A model generated the notes under the pieces. It was not told the DNA's origin, ran no database searches, and saw only the letters and a program-made list of their open reading frames with translations. A stretch of DNA of 64,000 bases from Octopus vulgaris (Eukaryota): assembly GCA_951406725.2 (NCBI GenBank), contig OX597833.1:60698001-60762000 (forward strand), written 5' to 3'. Below, piece by piece: positions 1 through 11,479 of the stretch. Numbering within the stretch: the first letter of the stretch is position 1; the number at the start of each line of letters is the position of its first letter. A program made the position numbers and the translations under genes.

Positions 1-640
1 ATTGGCTAGATTTCCTAAAACTAATATCTTGGGTTACTCCTCAGGTTCAAACCCTACTGTCAGCATTACGTGACTTCTTTATGAAACCTTAAGGGTAATA
101 ACTAAAAGTTTTCATGCTAAGTATAATAACGCCATGAAGTCATATGGCCTAATGGTTTGGGTGTTGCATTCTTGATCACAAGATTGTGGTTTCGATTCCC
201 AGTGTGGGAGGTGTGTTGAGTTGTTGAGCAAAACACTTCATTTTGTATCGGTTCCAGTCCACTCAACTCTAAATAGGTAACCCTGAAATAGACTGGCATT
301 CCATTCAGGGGTTCTGTTGGCCATCTAGCCTACGGGTTGACATGATTCAAAAGCCACAATAATGTGAGGAAGAACATTGTGGCCAGCATTGTATAACAAC
401 ATCCAATAGTCTGGTTACTACAGTGATAATAAAACCACATGGCGCTCTCTTTCTCTCGGTAGCTGTAGAAACATGCAGCATTGGAGTACTAACCTAATGG
501 CCTTATTCACACCATTTTCTTTCTGTGTTGTCAGCTAAATTCTACGTGTCTTGGCTCAACTGATTACCAGAAAGAAGTCCCAGATCTCATGAGAATGTTA
601 GCTAATGTTACCCTGTTTAGGAGCTGCTGTCACCTTAACA

Positions 641-939
641 CAGGGTATTCCAATCGGGTGCATTCAGGGCTGGATTTATAGGGGGTTAAAGAGGGCAATT
701 GCCCTGGGTACCTTTATTATATAAATTGTTACTTAAGGGCTGGATTTAAAGGGGGTCAAAGAGGGCAATTGCTCTGGGTACCTTTATTATATAAATTATT
801 ACTTAAGGGCTGGATTTATAGGGGGTCAAAGAGGGCAATTGCTCTGTATACCTTTATTATATAAATTATTATTTAAGGGGTGTGAGAACATATTAAAGGT
901 TTTAGGGGTGCGGGGCATAACCAAGGTTGGGAACCACTA
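641..939. mobile_element. hAT-like MITE containing three ~70-bp tandem repeats (667-876)
   Basis: Degenerate TIRs CAGGGTATTCCAATC / GGTTGGGAACCACTA. Flanking 8-bp direct repeat CCTTAACA (633-640) / CCTTAATA (940-947). Internal unit GGGCTGGATTTATAGGGGGT..GAGGGCAATTGC..TACCTTTATTATATAAATT occurs three times. Confidence 0.6.
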
Positions 940-1053
940 CCTTAATAGTTCACAATTAGTAACTACAACAATTCCATTCATTTATTTAGTGTTTTATGCT
1001 TTCATTTTTGTCATTTGTTTAATCTACTAATCTTTTTTTTTTGTATTTTCCAG

Positions 1054-1192
1054 GAGAAGGACTTGGTATTAAAACTGTTTAAAGTATTAGTCCCTCGCTA
1101 TTCTAACTACACCACCAGTTTTACAGACATGTACAAACTGCCAACAGTCTATCCAGGAAAAGATGGAGCTCTTGGAATTCTAGAATTAAAAG
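1054..1192 (+). CDS. MRPL17: Mitochondrial ribosomal protein L17 (bL17m), penultimate coding exon; upstream exons lie outside the window
   Basis: ttttccag|GAG...AAAG|gtagag. Encodes EKDLVLKLFKVLVPRYSNYTTSFTDMYKLPTVYPGKDGALGILELK, matching the recalled human MRPL17 segment EKDLIPKLFQVLAPRY...MAVIEYKG. 139 nt, ends in phase 1. Confidence 0.93.
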
Positions 1193-2490
1193 GTAGAGTC
1201 ATAATTATGATGTTGGACAGTAAACAGTGACTGAGTCAATGTGTATGTTTGTGTTTACTGTATACACACTTTCCTCCCTTCTTATCCATGATCCATATCA
1301 GTCATGGCTGCCTGTGGCCCAAAAGAGGAACTTCTGAATGATACCTCATGAAAAATTACCTTCAGTTCTTTTAGTATTGTGGCCCACAAGGTTGCCTTGT
1401 CTCATGCAACCTGCTTCTCAAAAAACTTTACTCATCCCTGGTCTATATTTTTCCTTATACTTGTTTTCCTGTATGTTGTGAGTATGTTACCCCCATCTTT
1501 CTCCCTTCTGGCTACTCTCACTCACCCTTCCATAAAATGAGGAAGCCATGTATTTTCTTTATAGCAAGGTACCTGTGCTTGTCCCTCTATCATATTGTAG
1601 CCTTCGACACCATGTATAATGATCTCCTTTCTGAAATATACTTCCAGAAAATGATACTAGCTTTTACGTGCCACTGGCACGAGGGCCAGTTTAGTGGTAC
1701 TGGCAACGACCATGTCCAAATGGTGCTTTTTATGTGCCACCTGCACAGGAGCCAGTCCACTGGTGACGTCCTCGTTCGAATATTTCACATGCCACCAGCA
1801 CAAGTGCTAGTAAGGCGACGCGGTAACGATCACGCTCGAATGGTGTGCTTAAGGCCAGTTTGTTGCTCAGGCAACGATCGTGGCTTGTTGGACCCTAAAC
1901 TCTCCTGCCCATGCCAGCATGGAAAACAAATGGTAAATGGTGATTCGTCACACATCAAAGAAATGATGAAGGTGGGACAAAGCTGTCAAGTGTAATTTAA
2001 AGTCACCTGGCAGGAATATTGTAAAGAAAGAAAGGACGAAAGCAGCCAGCATGCAGTGACTAACAGAGAATTGCCTCTACCAAAGGTCAAACGGCACAAA
2101 GGTCATTGTGTACTGACGTCAGATTAAGGACATTTTGGTACTACTGAGTCGGCAGAAAATTCATTTGTTAATAGATGTTTTAGCTGAGAAAGTTTCTGTT
2201 TTAGAGCTACACAAAAACCTAGATAAATCACTGCAGAATCTAATAGAGAGAGAGAGAGCTGATGTTCATAATTACAAACTGAAAAAGTAGAGTTACATTT
2301 TTTTGATATATCATATTTTAGCTATGATGTAAAGGGACATAACTATATTTTACGTTTTCCATTTCAATACATTTTACCAATTTTCTCCGTTTCTTTGTAT
2401 GTGTGCGCACATCTGTGTTGATTCGTCTATGGTCCTCATTTGAGCTGATGTCTCCACCAATAATCCGTTAACAAAGTAATATGACACAAA

Positions 2491-2721
2491 GGCGGCGAGC
2501 TGGCAGAAACGTTAACACGCTGGGCAAAATACTTAGCGGTATTTCGTCTGTCGCTATGTTCTGAGTTCAAATTCCGCCACGGTCAACTTTGCCTTTCATC
2601 CTTTCGGGGTCGATTAAATAAGTACCAGTTACACACTGGGGTCGATATAATCGACTTAATCCGTTTGTCTGTCCTTGTGTGTCCCCTCTGTGTGTAGCCC
2701 CTTGTGGGCAGTAAAGAAAAA
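2491..2721 (+). mobile_element. tRNA-derived SINE, family 1 (Nin/Deu-like central domain)
   Basis: A box TGGCAGAAACG, B box GAGTTCAAATT, central GGTC(G/A)ACTTTGCCTTTCATCCTTTCGGGGTCGAT..AAGTACCAG. TSD GTAATATGACAC (2476-2487 / 2723-2734). More than 15 full or partial copies in the window. Confidence 0.85.
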
Positions 2722-2786
2722 GGTAATATGACACTCAGAGCATACCTTCACTAGTGTCTTGCACTAGCATAACAGCTCATTCTGCC

Positions 2787-2985
2787 ATTGAATATATTTA
2801 GAAATTAAGAGATAAAGGAGAGACTGGCATCATTACATGGGCAGTACTAGATAAGGCACCGACATTTAAAAAGGGGTCTAAGAACTGTTACTGCTGTCTT
2901 ACAGAAAGATTTCATTAATACTCACAGCTCAACTTCAAATTTAAAGAAAGAAAGGAACTTATCTCAATTTGCAGACAGATGCCCA
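2787..2985 (+). pseudogene. Decayed Penelope-like element, C-terminal GIY-YIG endonuclease region
   Basis: Translates IEYI*KLRDKGETGIITWAVLDKAPTFKKGSKNCYCCLTERFH*...KERKELISICRQ. This follows the typical PLE tail pattern YIWxLK..IxWxIL..A..Y..GSKxCxLCLxEK..LNKRxELISKCRH, with stops and a frameshift. Confidence 0.7.
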
Positions 2986-3039
2986 TATTCTTCCTCAATG
3001 AATTTCAATGCACAATGAATAATTGACATTCAAGGACCT

Positions 3040-3416
3040 TGTGCCCCGTGCTAGTAGGATGCTAAGAGCACCATCTGAGCGTGATCGTTGCCAGAGCAGC
3101 TAACTGGCTTCCGTGTCGGTGGCATGTAAGAGGCACCATTCGAGTGTGATCGTTACCAGCATCGCCTTACTGGCACCTGTGCCGGTGGCATGTGTAAAAA
3201 CATTCATGCGAGGTTGTTGCCAGTACCACCTGACTGGCCCTCCTGCCGGTGGCACGTAAAAGCACCCAGTACACTCTCGGAGTGGTTGGCATTAAGAAGG
3301 GCATCCAGATCAATATTGGAGCCTGGTGCAGCCATCTGGTTCTCCAGCCCTCAGTCAAAATCGTCCAACCCATGCTAGCATGGAAAGCGGACGTTAAACG
3401 ATGATGATGATGATGA
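3040..3416 (+). mobile_element. RTE-LINE 3'-tail repeat (5'-truncated), family 3
   Basis: Repeated GTGCCGGTGGCACGTAAAAAGCACC modules, then GGTTGGC(G/A)TTAGGAAGGGCATCCAG ... CCAACCCATGCTAGCATGGAAAGCGGACGTTAAACG and a (TGA)n tail. The same tail is joined to RTE coding sequence at 52545-52753 and 62190-62645. Confidence 0.75.
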
Positions 3417-3619
3417 AGGACCATGTGATTACTTGAAAGTGCACAACAAACAATTAAAAAATTAATTAGCAGGCTTGTCTTCTCGTCAAGTTGAATATCA
3501 AAATAATTTGAATGTCTATTGTCAGGTTTTGTACATGTTTAAAAAAATGTTTTTTGCTAAAAAGTATTGTGATTTTTTAATGCTATTTCAACATATTTTC
3601 ATTGTTGTATGTTTTGCAG

Positions 3620-3852
3620 GGAATCCATGGCCACCAGTTTTGCCTGATCACAGAAGCAAAGATCAATATCTTATTAATCAGTTACTGGAAGCAGCCCAAG
3701 AAAATTCTGGAAGTCGATCATCACTACATATGGAGGAAACTCAACATTTTCCACCAACAGACCAAATTCTAAATGAAAATGCAGAATCAGATTCCTTGAT
3801 ACAAAACTTTGATCAAATTAATATTCAAACAACTGAAAATTCAAATAAATAA
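3620..3852 (+). CDS. MRPL17: MRPL17 terminal coding exon
   Basis: gttttgcag|GG AAT CCA completes the phase-1 Gly. GNPWPPVLPDHRSKDQYLINQLLEAAQE matches human [25 protein letters not shown]. Ends at TAA 3850-3852. Confidence 0.92.
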
Positions 3853-3974
3853 CACAAACAGTTCAAATATTTAGAGGGGGAGATAAAAAGATTTACTGAA
3901 TGTCGTCAAATGTAAATTAACTTCTTATATTGGTCTGTTTGCCTTAAGATTTGTGTTAAATGTTTACATTTTTT

Positions 3975-3980
3975 AATAAA
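3975..3980 (+). terminator. Candidate MRPL17 polyadenylation signal AATAAA
   Basis: First canonical hexamer, about 120 nt after the stop codon. Confidence 0.55.
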
Positions 3981-3998
3981 ATTATTTATAGACATTTT

Positions 3999-4329
3999 AT
4001 TTCGATTTTGGATTTGGTTTGCAAGATTCTTTATAAGAGTTCGTGTGTTGAAGCATATTCTGTTGTGTCTGGGGAGAGTCATTTTCTTTGTGCCTTATAA
4101 TGTAACACACTCACCGGTAAAATTTCCACTTATTTCTTATTTTTATTTTCCTAAAATTTTCCTTGCGTCATGCAACCTTTTCAATAGTCTTGACTCTCAA
4201 AACTATTGAAAAGGTTGCAAGACGCAACGAAAATTTTAGGAAAATAAAAATAAGAAATAAGTGGAAAATTTTACTGGTGAGTGTGTTACATTATAAGGCA
4301 CAAAAAGAAAATGACTCTCCCCAGACACA
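3999..4329. mobile_element. Fold-back (palindromic) non-autonomous element, probably Penelope-like
   Basis: ~125-bp inverted arms centred near 4195. 11-bp TSD ATAGACATTTT (3988-3998 / 4330-4340). Second copy at 37349-37652. Confidence 0.7.
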
Positions 4330-4988
4330 ATAGACATTTTTTAAAAAATGAAATATTTGTTTTCTGATTTTCTTACTAACAAATTCTTAAAAAGAAACGA
4401 ATTCTTCGTTACAAGTTTTCTGTTCAGTAACTGACTATATCAGCATGGCTGTGTGGTAAGAACATTGCTTCCTATGTGGTTCTGAGTTCAGTCCCACTGC
4501 ACGGAACCCTTGGCAAGTGTCTTCTGCTATAGCCTCTGGCCAACCAAAGTCTTGTGAGTGAATTTGGTCGATGGAACCTGAAGAAAACCCATCATATCTC
4601 TTTCTCTTTACTCTTTTACTTGTTTCAGTCATTTGACTGTGACCATGCTGGAGTGCCGCCTTTAGTTGAGCAAATCAACCCCAGGACGTAAACACACCAA
4701 TTTATCTCTTCTAAGCACCTATCACCTCATCTACCTACTGCATTATTCTGCTTGTAATGAAGTACAGAACTACATATTTTTTGGCCATGTAATGACATAC
4801 AGGCTTTTCTAGGACTATCTACTCCGTCTCTTTTTCTCTGGACTTTTTCCTCTTTCTGACAAAGAGCCATGCTCGAAACATCATTTCCTCTCCTAGTTTT
4901 CCATCTAAAACTTACACTGAGTGTCAGTCTAATATATTCACTGTGTAAACCTGACTTTTATTCTTCCTGATTAATTTTAATATTTTAA

Positions 4989-5434
4989 CCCTTTGGTGTT
5001 TAACCCTTTAGCATTTAAACTGGCCATATCCAGCCAGAAGTATTCTGCCTGTTTTATGTTCAAACTGGCCAGATCTGGTCTCTCACACTAACCCTACAAT
5101 ATCGTTTTAAAAATTAACAGCTACCTCATCAAAATCTCATAACTACAAGATAATGCATGATTAGTTCAAAGCAATGTGGATAAAAAAAGATTAATTTTGG
5201 CAGAATGATGCGAACACTAAAGGGTTAAGCCAGCCATATCCGGCCCAAATATCCTACATGTTTTACATTCAAACTGGCCATATCTAGCCCCTTACAGCTA
5301 ACCTACATTGACATTCTAAGAATAAACTACGACACCATTGAAACTTCAAAGCTGTAAGATAATGCATGATTAATTTAAAACGATTTGAGGGAAAAAAGTA
5401 TTACATTTAACAGATTAATCTGAACACTAAAGGG
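4989..5434. mobile_element. piggyBac-like MITE with a second copy of the same family (5004-5224) nested in it
   Basis: TTAA|CCCTTT ... AAAGGG|TTAA termini for both copies. The inner copy duplicated an internal TTAA of the outer one. Each copy is 221 bp. Confidence 0.8.
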
Positions 5435-5774
5435 TTAAACCCTTTCTGTATTACCAGTTATCTTAACTTCTTGCCTAGAATCCCCTTTTTCACATCCATC
5501 CCCTAAGAATTTTAACAATAAGTTAAGCATTTTGTTCACTGAACATTTATATCTGACTCCATATGTTTGCTTTTCTTAACAAACAACAGCGTAATGCTTC
5601 GCAGCTGACCAGAAATAAAAACAACAAGCTTTTCTCATTTTATCAATTTTTCATAGTTTTATTTACATATGTCACAATGGAAATTAACAGTTTCTTAATT
5701 TGAAAGAAACACCATTCTTTTAATGTAATAATATTCCTGGTTCTTCCCTAGCTATTTAATCATAGATCATTTTA

Positions 5775-5907
5775 TTTACTCTTTTACTTGTTTCAGTCAT
5801 TTGACTGTGGCCATGCTGGAGCACTGCCTTTACGCTAAGTTACGGGAACGTAAGCACACCAGCATCGTTTGTCAAGCGATGTTGGGGGGACAAACACTGA
5901 CACACAA

Positions 5908-5938
<31 letters not shown>

Positions 5939-6525
5939 CAAAAATAATAATAATAATAATAATAAATATAAGAGAATGGTCACTATGTGGCTCATTCTAG
6001 CACTAGCAAATCCAAAAGGTTTCAACCACAAAAATACATGTTTCACATGAAAGTCAGTACGATTGTTAGCTCACACGAACAGGGCAAATAAAAAATAACA
6101 AAAATACAGATTATTTTGGGACAATTGTTTCGCTATTAATGAATTAAATGTAATTTTACTTACAAAAAAACCCACTTGTAGCTCCTCAGCCAAAACTATC
6201 TGGATGAAATCCACTCAATCACACGCCAGATTTTACCATAACGATAAATACACGTGTGGTTCAATTGATTACATCCGACGTTATAATTCAAATGCCCTTC
6301 TATTAAATTAGTATCTAATTCTCTCACCCTTATTAATTAATTATATATATATACATATATACGACGGGTTTCTTTCAGTTTCGGTCTACCAAATCCACTC
6401 ACAAGGCTTTGGTAGGCCCGAGGCATAGTAGAAGACACTTGCCCAAGGTGCCACGCAGTGGGACTGAACCCAGAACTATGTGGTTTATAAGCAAGCTACT
6501 TACCACACAGCTATTCCTACGCCTA
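5775..6525 (-). mobile_element. tRNA-derived SINE family 2 (CORE-like), split at its internal (TA)n by a ~400-bp hammerhead-bearing insert
   Basis: 3' part at 5775-5940 and 5' part at ~6345-6525 match the intact copies at 22147-22553 and 34152-34575. Confidence 0.75.
6114..6195 (-). ncRNA. Minimal type I hammerhead ribozyme motif with intact core
   Basis: Minus strand reads UUUUGG-CUGAGGA-GCUA-(43 nt)-UAGC-GAAA-C-AAUU-G-UC^-CCAAAA. Perfect 6-bp stem I, palindromic short stem III (ACAAUUGU), predicted cleavage between 6120 and 6119. Confidence 0.75.
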
Positions 6526-6642
6526 TTTCATAGGAAAAAAAAAAAAAAAGCAATTCTGAAAAAAATGTAATAATTCTGTATACTTTCCTGGCTAAGTATT
6601 TCATTGATTTCAATTTGTTAAGATACCATATTTGATGGCATT

Positions 6643-6876
6643 GGGCAGCGACCTGGCAGAAACGTTAGCATGCCGGGTGAAATATGTAGCCGTATTTCGT
6701 CTGCCGTTAACTGTTCTGGGTTCAAATTCTGCCGAGGTCGACTTTGCCTTTCATCCTTTCGAGGTCGATAAATTAAGTACCAGTTATACACTGGGGTCGA
6801 TGTAATCGACTTAATCCCTTTGTCTGTCCTTGTTTGTCCCCTCTATGTTTAGCCCCTTGTGGGTAGTAAAGAAATA
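6643..6876 (+). mobile_element. SINE family 1, full length
   Basis: Family consensus. 15-bp TSD CATATTTGATGGCAT (6627-6641 / 6877-6891). Confidence 0.85.
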
Positions 6877-7380
6877 CATATTTGATGGCATATAAGATGG
6901 ACGTTTTGCTTCCCCAAAAAATATCTCAAAATATCATCCCAGGTCCTACATGCTAAGTTGGGCCAGCATTAAGCTAATATTACATGCTTTAATGCACTAA
7001 CATTTTTTTCTTGAATATGCACTGCTAAAATTGGAGCGTGTCGAGTAAGTCCATGGGTCTTTTATACCATCAAGTACAGCAGGTAGACAAAAAATTATAA
7101 GCAATATTTTGAAACCTTTTAATACAAGTAATTGAATTTTGCATTTGATTAAGAAAATTAGTTTCTAAGGAAAAAGAAATATTTGGTTAGTTTCCCTTTA
7201 GTTTTGGTTATTGATATATTTATTTAAATTTTGAAATGTTGATGAAAAACGAAATTTACAAGTAGAGTGATGGACAGTGAATATTGATGAATATTTATAT
7301 ACATGTGTGTATAGAGAGATGATAGATAAGTTAATCATTATATGTCTGTGTGTGTATATATATATTTTAACAAGAAGAAT

Positions 7381-7470
7381 AGTGATAGTGATTTCGAAGT
7401 TTCAGCCTGCTAGCTTTCATGTGGCTGTCTGATGAAGTCTAGCAGGCTACAACTTCAAAGTCACTGTCAA
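7381..7470. repeat. Short fold-back made of two degenerate, oppositely oriented hammerhead halves
   Basis: Plus strand: CTGATGA-AGTCT-AGC-AGGCT-(ACAA)-CTTCAAAGTC. The inverted arm retains GGCT-GAAA-CTTCGAAATC. Confidence 0.45.
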
Positions 7471-7549
7471 CACTCTTTTAAAAGTATAATTAAATATGTA
7501 CTCTACAAAGAGTATTGAGTAATTCTTCAGTTTAATGAAAAATTATTTT

Positions 7550-7925
7550 TATTACAACTTGCCATAAGAACACACACATAAACAATAACTCTGAGCACCT
7601 CTTCAAACTCCACCCATCTACCACCCGTGGACATATTTACAAAGTAAGAAAACAGCACAGCTCCCGTGACTTCAGGAAACATTTTTTCATGCAAAGAGTT
7701 GCTGAAGCATGGAACAAACTGCCAGCATCGGTTGTTAGTTGTCGGAGCACTGCATCCTTCAAAACTTCCATGCTTCCTGAGAGATTTGCCAACACTACAC
7801 TTGATTTTCTCCCCTCCATACACACACAAGCATGTTCACTTTCCAGACATTTCTACATTACTGCATGTACTTTATATGCACTTTCTGACAAGTTGTGGTG
7901 TACCTGAGCACTGTATACAATAATT

Positions 7926-7950
<25 letters not shown>
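7550..7950 (+). mobile_element. CR1-type LINE 3' end
   Basis: Encodes RKQHSSRDFRKHFFMQRVAEAWNKLPASVVSCRSTASFKTSML (typical CR1 ORF2 tail), then a 3' UTR and (TTA)n tail. Copies at 30620-30882 (+) and 60027-60385 (-). Confidence 0.8.
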
Positions 7951-7957
<7 letters not shown>

Positions 7958-9444
7958 TGTGTGTATGTATGTAGGAGAGATGGTAGTGAGGTAGGTTAAT
8001 AAGAGATATACAGAAACAGAGATGCAGGCAAAGAATATGTTAAATGGTGAAACCAAAGAATAGTTTCTGTTTTATTTCTTCCGTTCAGTTTGGAAAAATC
8101 ATTGAGAACAATAAATAAACTGAAAATTAGTGAACGAAACATAAAAATTCATAATGCTTAAAATAAAAACAAATACAAAACAAAATCTGTCCATTTTCCA
8201 TCCAATATTTTGGATGTTCAGGAGAACAATTCTTTATCATCATCATCATAATTATCATGTACATAATGGTTTCTGGTTTAGGCATGAAGCAAGCAGTTTT
8301 GAGAAGGAAGTGGGTTGGTAAATTAAATATAACCTCAGTACTTCATTTTATTGACCCCAGAAGGATGGAAGGTAAAGTTTACAGGAGCGGGAACTGAACT
8401 CAAAATTTAAAGTGCAAAAAATTATATCATAAAGCACATTTGTTTGATGCCCTATTGATTCTTCCCGCTTGCCGACTTCTTTACAAACATCTCGGTCTAA
8501 ACATTTTCTGGCAGAGAATTAAGAATATAGAAGATATATTTTAATTTTGATATGGGAAATAAAATTTAACAAGAGCAAAGTTCAAGAAATGAATTCTGGT
8601 TACAAAACAGTAAAAATCTCATTGTCCACACCTTAATTAATGTGGATCTACTGTAGGAATCCTCAGACCTGTAGTATTCATGGCATGGGTTAGACAGTCA
8701 AGCTGTCTAACCCATGCCAGCATGGAAAGCAGAGGCTAAATGATGATTGAAAAAAAAAACAAATTAACAAGTCACTAGCGTCATAAACTGTAATATGCAA
8801 TTATCTCCCCTTAGTCACCATTACAAGTGATAGGTGTCTCTGTCAAGTTGCCTCAATCTTACAATTACCTCCCCTCTACTACTAATATCGAGCATCGGTA
8901 TCTGTCAAATTGACTTATACTATTCAACCCTACAACTATTTCTTATTTTTTTTACCATTTAAGCTGATAGGTATTTCTATGAAGCTTATTCAATATCATA
9001 AACGTAATAAATTATCAAAACTCGATCATATCTTAATGTTTTTGTTTAGCCTAATACCAACCATGATTGAGACAGCCTACCACTGACCAGTCTGTCATTT
9101 CAGGTCGGACTACATTGTCCAATGTGTTCGTCCTTTTCTAAAACGAAGTGTGTGGTTTGAGGGAGATTTAGCTGCTATTTCCAGCATGTCTAGTGACCAC
9201 ACAGAGGCTATCTCATTGGTTTAACATACTTAGTCAGTGGAATAGTAACCATTCTCAGACTCGGGGCGATCTTTGCTGCATTGTAGTTCCCTGGGCAAGT
9301 CAATGAACTGGACCCTATAGTATAATTTATTGACAGCAAGCCACAGAATACACAGATTAGCATTGGATCCCTAGACCTGGTGAGGCCTCTGGATAATTTC
9401 CCAGTGTACCTTAAGACAACACTGCTCAGACCATGTGCTGTTTT

Positions 9445-9790
9445 TATTGTAATTGAGTGTAACTTCAGACTGTTGAAGGTGATCACGCTGCTGGTGAGTG
9501 TAATGTGCTGTTGTTGAGTATCCATAGACTGGATGTTGTGGTTATTGAGTGTAACCTCAGATTACTTTTGCTATTAGTTGTTGAATGTGACTTCAGATTG
9601 TTGTTCTTGTAGTTGTTGAGGGTAAGCTTGGACTGTTGTAGCTGTTGAATATAATTTCAGAATCATCAAAGTTTAAGCCCAAACTATTGATGTAGCTGTT
9701 GAGTGTAAGTTCAGACTACTGTTGTTGTTGCGTGCAAGCAGTTTTGTTGTTGTAGAGTGGAACCTCAGATTGTAGTTGTTGAGTGTTCTG
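9445..9790. repeat. Diverged minisatellite (GTTGTTGAGTGTAACTTCAGACTGTT-like)
   Basis: About 9 imperfect 30-40-bp units visible. Confidence 0.55.
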
Positions 9791-9850
9791 TCAGGGATCA
9801 AAAATAACTGAAGAAATTCTAACCCCAGATCCATTAACACCTGTTACAAA

Positions 9851-10264
9851 GGTGGCGAGCTGGCAGAAACGTTAGCAAGCCGGGCGAAATGCTTAGCAGT
9901 ATTTCGTCTGCCATTACATTCTGAGTTCAAATTCGGCTGAGGTCGACTTTGCCTTTCATCCTTTTGGGATCGATAAATTAAGTACCAGTTACGCACTGGG
10001 GTCGATGTAATCGACTTAATACCTATGTCTGTCCTTGTTTGTCCGCTCTGTGTTTAGCCCCTTGTGGGTAATAAAGAAATAGGTATTTCGTCTGCCGTTA
10101 CGTTCTAAGTTCAAATTCCGCTGAGGTCGACTTTGCCTTTCATCTTTTCGGGATCGATAAATTAAATACCAGTTACGCACTGGGTCAATGTAAACAATTT
10201 AACCACTTTTTCTGTCCTTGTTTGCCCCCTCTGTGTTTAGCCCCCTGTGGGCAATAAAGAAATA
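9851..10264 (+). mobile_element. SINE family 1 dimer (full copy plus 5'-truncated copy)
   Basis: Second unit restarts at GGTATTTCGTCTG (10082). One 17-bp TSD ATTAACACCTGTTACAA (9833-9849 / 10265-10281) flanks the pair. Confidence 0.8.
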
Positions 10265-10397
10265 ATTAACACCTGTTACAATAGATTCCAGTCAGATCAC
10301 AAGAGTTACACCAGCAGCTAATGCAGTATTTAGCTGTGCTTAAATGTTTGTTTTAATCAAATGATTTTGTCTAATATTCTTTTCCTGAGTAACTATA

Positions 10398-10570
10398 GGT
10401 GCAAGAGTGGCCGTGTGGTAAGTAGCATGCTTACCAACCACATGGTTCCAGGTTCAGTCACACTGCGAGGCACCTTGGGCGAGTGTCTTCTACAATAGCC
10501 TTGGGCCAACCAAAGCCTTGTGAGTGGATTTGGTAGACGGAAACTGAAAGAAGGCCATCACATGTATGTA

Positions 10571-10633
<63 letters not shown>

Positions 10634-10830
10634 ATGTTTGTGTATCTGTGTTTCTCTCCACAACATCGCTTGACAACTGATTCTGATGTGTTTACGTCCC
10701 TGTAACTTAATGCTTCGGCAAAAGAGGCTGATAGAATAGGCTTACAAAGAATAAGTCCTGGGGTCGATTTGCTCAACTAAAGGCAGTGCTCCAGCATGGT
10801 CACAGTCAAATGACTGAAACAAGTAAAAGA
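10398..10830 (+). mobile_element. SINE family 2 (CORE-like), full length
   Basis: tRNA-like head GTGGCCGTGTGG..GGTTCAGTC, CORE-like CCTTGGGCGAGTGTCTTCT, internal (TA)n(TG)n, tail GACTGAAACAAGTAAAAGA. Confidence 0.8.
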
Positions 10831-11479
10831 ATATATAAAAAAAAAAAGAACTTGGCTAATGTTAAGCAAAGTGGTCACAACTGAATGAAAATAAAACCAC
10901 ATCAAAAACAATATAAATGCTTTAGAATTATTTTGTAACTAAATATTTATTTTTAATCCCTTTCGTACCAATCCATCTGTGATCACCACTCCTGGCTCTA
11001 TTGTACAAACTTCCTGTTTTAAAATGATCTAAATTAAGTCCCTCCATTAAGAGTACATGTTAAATCACGCTCCAAACACAGCCAGCTTAATAATGGTTTC
11101 AAATTTTGGCACAAGGCCAATAATTTTGGAGGAAGGGGTAAGATGATTATGTCAGCCCCAGCGTTCAACTGGTACTTATTTTATCAACCTTGAAAAGGTA
11201 AAAGGCAAAATTGACCCCAATGATATTTGAACTCACAACAGAAATGTTGCTAAGCAGTTTTTCTGGCATGGTAACAATCCTGCCAGCAGACCGTCTTATG
11301 CTAGCTTGATAATAACAAAGTTATTTTACTAAATTCTTCATTTCTAAAATTAATTGAAACAGAGGTAGTATATTTCATCAAAAATATGATAATAAAAGGG
11401 TTAATTAAATGTTTAAGGTGAGTTGTTAATAAACTTATTGATTTTAAAAACTAATTAATTTCTTTTTAAAAGATAAAAT

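Noticed and set aside
1537-1995. 152-aa ORF in the MRPL17 intron
   Set aside because: Mostly translation of RTE-tail modules; the same peptides recur in many repeat copies.
4856-4880. Hammerhead-like CTGACAA-AGAGC-CAT-GCTC-GAAAC; a similar relic lies at 50415-50447
   Set aside because: Core and stem I are broken; counted only as decayed Penelope-like relics, not as functional RNAs.
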